This document shows positions 59,701 to 64,000 of a stretch of DNA of 64,000 nt, piece by piece. How positions within the stretch are numbered: position 1 is the stretch's first letter; every line of letters begins with the position of its first letter. The notes under the pieces were generated by a model. That model saw nothing but the letters and a program-made list of their open reading frames with translations. It had not been told where the DNA came from and did no database searches. Origin of the DNA: Gekko japonicus (taxonomy: Eukaryota); the NCBI RefSeq assembly GCF_001447785.1, contig NW_015162558.1:124001-188000 (forward strand), read 5' to 3'. A program made the translations under genes and the position numbers.

Positions 59701-61658
59701 CTTCTGAGCACCCAATGTGACCGGTTCACCCCAGAAGAGGTACGGCCGACATTTCTTCTCTTGCCCATATCTTCGTCCCTCTGCCTCTCCTAATCATACT
59801 TCCTCTGCCAGACGCTACTCCTTGTCAATATTTTTTTTTCCAAATCCAAATTTTACAAGGCTTTGAAATACAGTACCAGCCTTATTCAACATTACGAACA
59901 AATCAAGGTTTGTTTGTGATGGAGGCAAGCATAGTTTGTAGCCGGGTTCTCACAGTCTTTTCCCTTCCTCCCTCTCCTTTGTGTGGTCTTCTGCTTTCAA
60001 TAAACATCCATTGACCGTGATGTCCAAATCTGGATACCACCGGAGCTAACTGGTGTTTGTTTCTTCCCCACAACCTGGTTTAATTACAGGCCAGGGCAGT
60101 GCTTTAATCAAGGAATAATTAAGGGCAGAATTCTGAGCATAAGCAGAACCTTTGTGCCCCCGCTGATTAATCACAGCTCATGCTTACCCATGGATTCCAG
60201 CCCAGAGGATCTGAGCAGGAGTGATCTCTACTATTTATCTACTTTTTCTGAGTGTAGGAGTGTAGCTCTGGTGTGAATCCAGAGAAGAGGGGAAAATACT
60301 TGACCAGTGGAATATTAGACATCGCTATTATGAACCTACAAGAAGGAGGACCCGTGATACTTGTGGGGTGGGGGAGGAGAAGCTCCACAGGAGGAGAAGG
60401 AAGCAGCCGCAGGTGAGCCTTCTCCCTGCCCCCCGTCTCCAGCACCCACAGCGAGGCCCGCGCCTTTCCAAGCCTTCTCTCCAAGCCTTCTCCCTCCTCC
60501 CCCCCAGCACCGGCGGCGAGAGGCCTGAACTCAGCCTGCCAAACTTTCTCCCCCGTTCCCCCAGCGGCAGCAGCGGTGGCGGGAGGCCTGAGCTCGCCCG
60601 CCAAACTTTCTCCCCCCCCGGGTGAGGGCTGCTTACAGCCCCTGCCCGCCAAGCCTTCTCCCTCCCCCTCCCTGGTGTCGGTGGCCCAGCCCGAGAGGCT
60701 GGGGCCCTGCCAATCTCTCCCCCCCTTCTTCCCCCTCTGCCGGTCTCTCCCCCCCCCCGTTCCAGCGGCTGATCTCCTCCTCCTCTCTCCCCGCCTCAGC
60801 TCTGGTGGCGAGGCCTGAGCAGCTTCCAACCACCGGCCAACCGCAGAGTCCCCAGAGCGTTCCCTGCGCATGCTCAGGAAACGCTCTTTTACTTTGGGGG
60901 GGGATTTAAATATCCCCCCTATATTTTTTCAACTTTTTAGATTTTTGCACACACCTGGGGACTGCCCCAAGTGTGCAGGAAAATCTCCGTGCCCCCCAGG
61001 TGCCCCCGATGTGCGGATTTAGATATCCGCACACAGGGGGCGCCTTCGCTATTAGATATATAGATTTCCTGTGGTCCAGAGCACTCCAGCTATGCCCCGA
61101 TTGGCCAGTTTAAATGGCAAAGTTCCATCACGGTGGTAAAGTGACAGTTGGTAAGCTTCACAGAGAGGCCGTTAGTGAAGCAAAGGCAGTTTTGTAGAAA
61201 GCTATGTAAAAAAATTGCAAACACCTATTTATTTATTGTCAGATTTATACCCTGCCCTCCGTGCAAAGCAGGCTCAGGGCGGCTTTTAAATTTGTAACGC
61301 ATCCTCTTTGCACCTGAATTTACCACTCTACCCATAACAATAGTTTCAGGTGGGTAGCTGTGCTGGTGTAGAGTAGAAGGGCATAATGTGAGTCCAGGAT
61401 CACCTTAAAGACCAACAACATTTCCAGTGTACAAACCTTCCAAGAGTCGACACTCCCTTTGTCAGATACATCACCCCTACACATCTATATGTAAAAAATG
61501 CCAATAAGTGTATTGAAGGAGAGATGTGCCTAATGCTCTTTTTCTCCGTGCAGGTCAAGAACATGTGGCACGCCTTCCCTCCAGATGTAGCTGGCAACGT
61601 GGACTACAAGAACATTTGCTACGTCATCACACACGGAGAGGACAAGGAAGGGGAATAA
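50763..61658 (+). CDS. MYL11: Myosin regulatory light chain, fast skeletal muscle (MYLPF/MYL11), spliced CDS, 170 aa
   Basis: Exons 50763-50765 (ATG|GTAAGT), 53675-53770, 58599-58674, 58781-58885, 58983-59061, 59691-59739, 61554-61658. Translation: [51 protein letters not shown]...[23 protein letters not shown]...[28 protein letters not shown]. Confidence 0.97.
53675..53770 (+). CDS. MYL11: MYL11 exon 2
   Basis: [32 protein letters not shown]. Confidence 0.95.
56088..56293. mobile_element. Family-A hAT MITE
   Basis: Same TIRs and body; TSD unclear. Confidence 0.85.
56926..57135. mobile_element. hAT-like MITE with AGGGTTGCCA termini; inverted relative near 55735-55935
   Basis: AGGGTTGCCAGC ... 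TGGCAGCCCT ends; body shared with the reverse complement of 55735-55935. Confidence 0.6.
58599..58674 (+). CDS. MYL11: MYL11 exon 3 (EF-hand loop [12 protein letters not shown])
   Basis: tag| acceptor, G|GTAAGA donor. Confidence 0.95.
58781..58885 (+). CDS. MYL11: MYL11 exon 4
   Basis: [34 protein letters not shown]. Confidence 0.95.
58983..59061 (+). CDS. MYL11: MYL11 exon 5
   Basis: [25 protein letters not shown]. Confidence 0.95.
59691..59739 (+). CDS. MYL11: MYL11 exon 6
   Basis: [16 protein letters not shown]. Confidence 0.93.
60339..61064 (-). mobile_element. Probable non-autonomous Helitron in MYL11 intron 6
   Basis: Minus strand starts A|TCTATATATCTAATAG and ends with a CpG-decayed hairpin (60351-60367) about 10 nt before CTTG|T; GC-rich body. 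Confidence 0.5.
61554..61658 (+). CDS. MYL11: MYL11 last exon
   Basis: [34 protein letters not shown]. Confidence 0.95.
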   Translation, partial: VKNMWHAFPPDVAGNVDYKNICYVITHGEDKEGE

Positions 61659-61887
61659 ACCCCAAATTTTCCCACCCCTTGTGGGGGAATCCACCCAGAC
61701 ACCCCCAGGCTGGGGAGTTTCCTTGACGCTAGTCCCGGGTGATCCACACATTTTTGTAAACCAACAATATACATGTCAATCAGTTATTTATTATTATTGG
61801 GGGGAGGAAAATTACACCCCTCCAACACCAAACCCTGTGCGCCTCTACCAGTCTTAACTTGACCGGGACCTTCCTCTGAAATGTCTT

Positions 61888-61893
61888 AATAAA
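61888..61893 (+). terminator. MYL11 polyadenylation signal
   Basis: AATAAA 230 nt after the stop. Confidence 0.7.
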
Positions 61894-62434
61894 GATGCGG
61901 ACATCTCTGTTTCTAATGCTCCTGTTGTTACAGTCTTCTCTCAGCCTGAAATGCAGCTATCCTGGAATAAATGTACCTCTAGTAGCAAAATCTGTATCTA
62001 ATGGTAAAGTGACTGACTGATGACAATCACAAAAACAGCAAAACTGGCCCATTCATGGATAAGGTAAAAGTTTCTGCATATTCTGGCGCCTTGTCAAGCA
62101 TCAGAAAAAAGACGATTACACAAAAGAAGCAAAAGCATGCCCTCAAATCCTGCCAAAAGATATGGGCTGTTGAGTTACGAGCATGCTCTATGAGGCACAA
62201 AATGTTGAGAGCAGCTGAAAAACCATTAAAGGCAAAAACCGATGAGGGAAAATAAAGCCTGCTCAAAGCAATGATAGAGTAGTGAATCATGAAGAAGATT
62301 TCAGGATGGGGGTGGAATTTCCAAACACAATTCTTCATGGATCTCTGCCCCCCCCCATTTGTACAAGTTGAATTCCCCCAGATATTGTTTTAATTCATTT
62401 TTTATACATGTGTGCATGTGCACCTGGAAGACAT

Positions 62435-62936
62435 AGGGAACACTTTCCCTATGAAGAAAGGTTAAAACGCTTGGGGCTCTTGACATGATTGAGGTTTATA
62501 AGATTATGCATGGGATAGAGCAGGTAGGGANNNNNNNNNNNNNNNNNNNNNNNNNNNNNNNNNNNNNNNNNNNNNNNNNNNNNNNNNNNNNNNNNNNNNN
62601 NNNNNNNNNNNNNNNNNNNNNNNNNNNNNNNNNNNNNNNNNNNNNNNNNNNNNNNNNNNNNNNNNNNNNNNNNNNNNNNNNNNNNNNNNNNNNNNNNNNN
62701 NNNNNNNNNNNNNNNNNNNNNNNNNNNNNNNNNNNNNNNNNNNNNNNNNNNNNNNNNNNNNNNNNNNNNNNNNNNNNNNNNNNNNNNNNNNNNNNNNNNN
62801 NNNNNNNNNNNNNNNNNNNNNNNNNNNNNNNNNNNNNNNNNNNNNNNNNNNNNNNNNNNNNNNNNNNNNNNNNNNNNNNNNNNNNNNNNNNNNNNNNNNN
62901 NNNNNNNNNNNNNNNNNNNNNNNNTTATGTTCTTAT
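62435..62936 (+). mobile_element. CR1 fragment spanning a gap
   Basis: DMIEVYKIMHGIE motif; TTATGTTCTTATG tail after the gap. Confidence 0.75.
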
Positions 62937-62949
62937 GACCTCTGGTGAC

Positions 62950-63155
62950 CAGCGTTCCCTCTAAGCTGAGTTAGTGTGAGCTAGCTCACAGTTTTTTAGC
63001 CTCTGGCTCACACATTTTTGCCTTAGCTCAGGAACGATGGCTCCAGAGCAAACTAATTCATGCAGTAGCCAGATTGCTTGCTCACAACTTTAACGCCAGT
63101 AGCTCACAAAGGAAAATTTTTGCTCACAAGACTCCAAAGCTTAGAGGGAACATTG
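62950..63155. mobile_element. Family-A hAT MITE
   Basis: TSD ctggtgac. Confidence 0.88.
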
Positions 63156-63656
63156 CTGGTGACCGAACGCTACTGGGGGCCTGGAGGACATTCAAAGAGG
63201 TGGCTGAATAAAGCCTGCCCCCGCCTCCCAACTGCTGGTATCCCAAGGAGATCGGGCTTGCCTGGGCTGTCCAGGTCAGGGCGTTTTAACTCATTTTTAA
63301 TCTGGTTCTCGCATTGCTTCAGATGCAGTTAAAAAATAGACCTTGGATGGGGTGGGGCACAAACTGTTGCTCGAGCACCTTTTAAAAAGATGGCCGTTTT
63401 ATTTGCCTGCCACATGACCTGCCTGCAGCAGAAGTGGAGGAGGCACAAAAGGAAGATATGACAGACATTTCTAGTCTTCTTGCCAGGTGATAACCTGGAG
63501 ACGACGCCTACATCTTGAGGAGGTCTGAAACCCGGACAGCAGATACAGCCACTGTGCCTTTTCCATCGCCGCGCCACTGCTCCCTTCTCCAGCTCTCATC
63601 CCACACCAGGTGGGTCCCTTTTGATCAAACGCTGCTAAAATTATGATGGCAAGCAG

Positions 63657-64000
63657 CAGGGCTCTTTTTGTAGAAGAAGCCCAGCAGGAACTCATTAGGC
63701 CATACCCAACAGCAGGAACTCATTAGCATAATAGGCCATACCCAACAGCAGGAACTCATTAGCATATTAGGCCACACCCCCGACAGCACAGCTCATTGGC
63801 ATATTAGGCCACACCCCCATGCTACCAGAAGTGTGGTCATCCAGCCACACCTACCTTTTGCTTCTTATTCTGTTTACCTTGTTTGTTGTCAAAACCCAGG
63901 GCTTTTTGGGGAGCAAGAATCCCTTTGCATGTTAGGCCACACACCCCAAATGTAGCCAATCCTAATGAGTGTCTGCTGTTGGGTGTGGCCTATTATGCTA
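63657..64000. repeat. Short tandem and inverted repeats of a GAACTCATTAGCATA..TAGGCCACACCC unit (MITE-derived); relative near 15255-15390
   Basis: Four direct variants at 63680-63820; inverted copy at the window end. Confidence 0.6.

Overview
Vertebrate genomic DNA, most likely a squamate reptile (Sauria SINEs, Bov-B/RTE, squamate-type CR1; gecko-like SINE content is an inference), from a gapped draft assembly with five N-gaps. It is syntenic with human 16p11.2. Genes resolved by splice sites and reading frame: CD2BP2 (minus, 6 coding exons, 377 aa), TBC1D10B/EPI64B (minus, 9 exons, 811 aa), and MYL11/MYLPF (plus, 7 exons, 170 aa). Between CD2BP2 and TBC1D10B lies an intact single-coding-exon gene (12916-13536, +, 206 aa) of the sesquipedalian/PHETA (FAM109/IPIP27) family. 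It has a PH domain, an OCRL-binding F&H motif and a C-terminal clathrin-box-like LIDLG. To my knowledge human has no PHETA gene at this position, so it is a candidate third PHETA ohnolog; this is the main finding. TBC1D10B exons 6-8 are tandemly duplicated in frame, either a young duplication or a haplotype artefact. The non-coding DNA holds a high-copy ~206-bp hAT MITE (14 copies, 8-bp TSDs), Penelope relics with hammerhead-ribozyme folds, a six-unit palindromic array, a probable Helitron, and SINE/LINE fragments.
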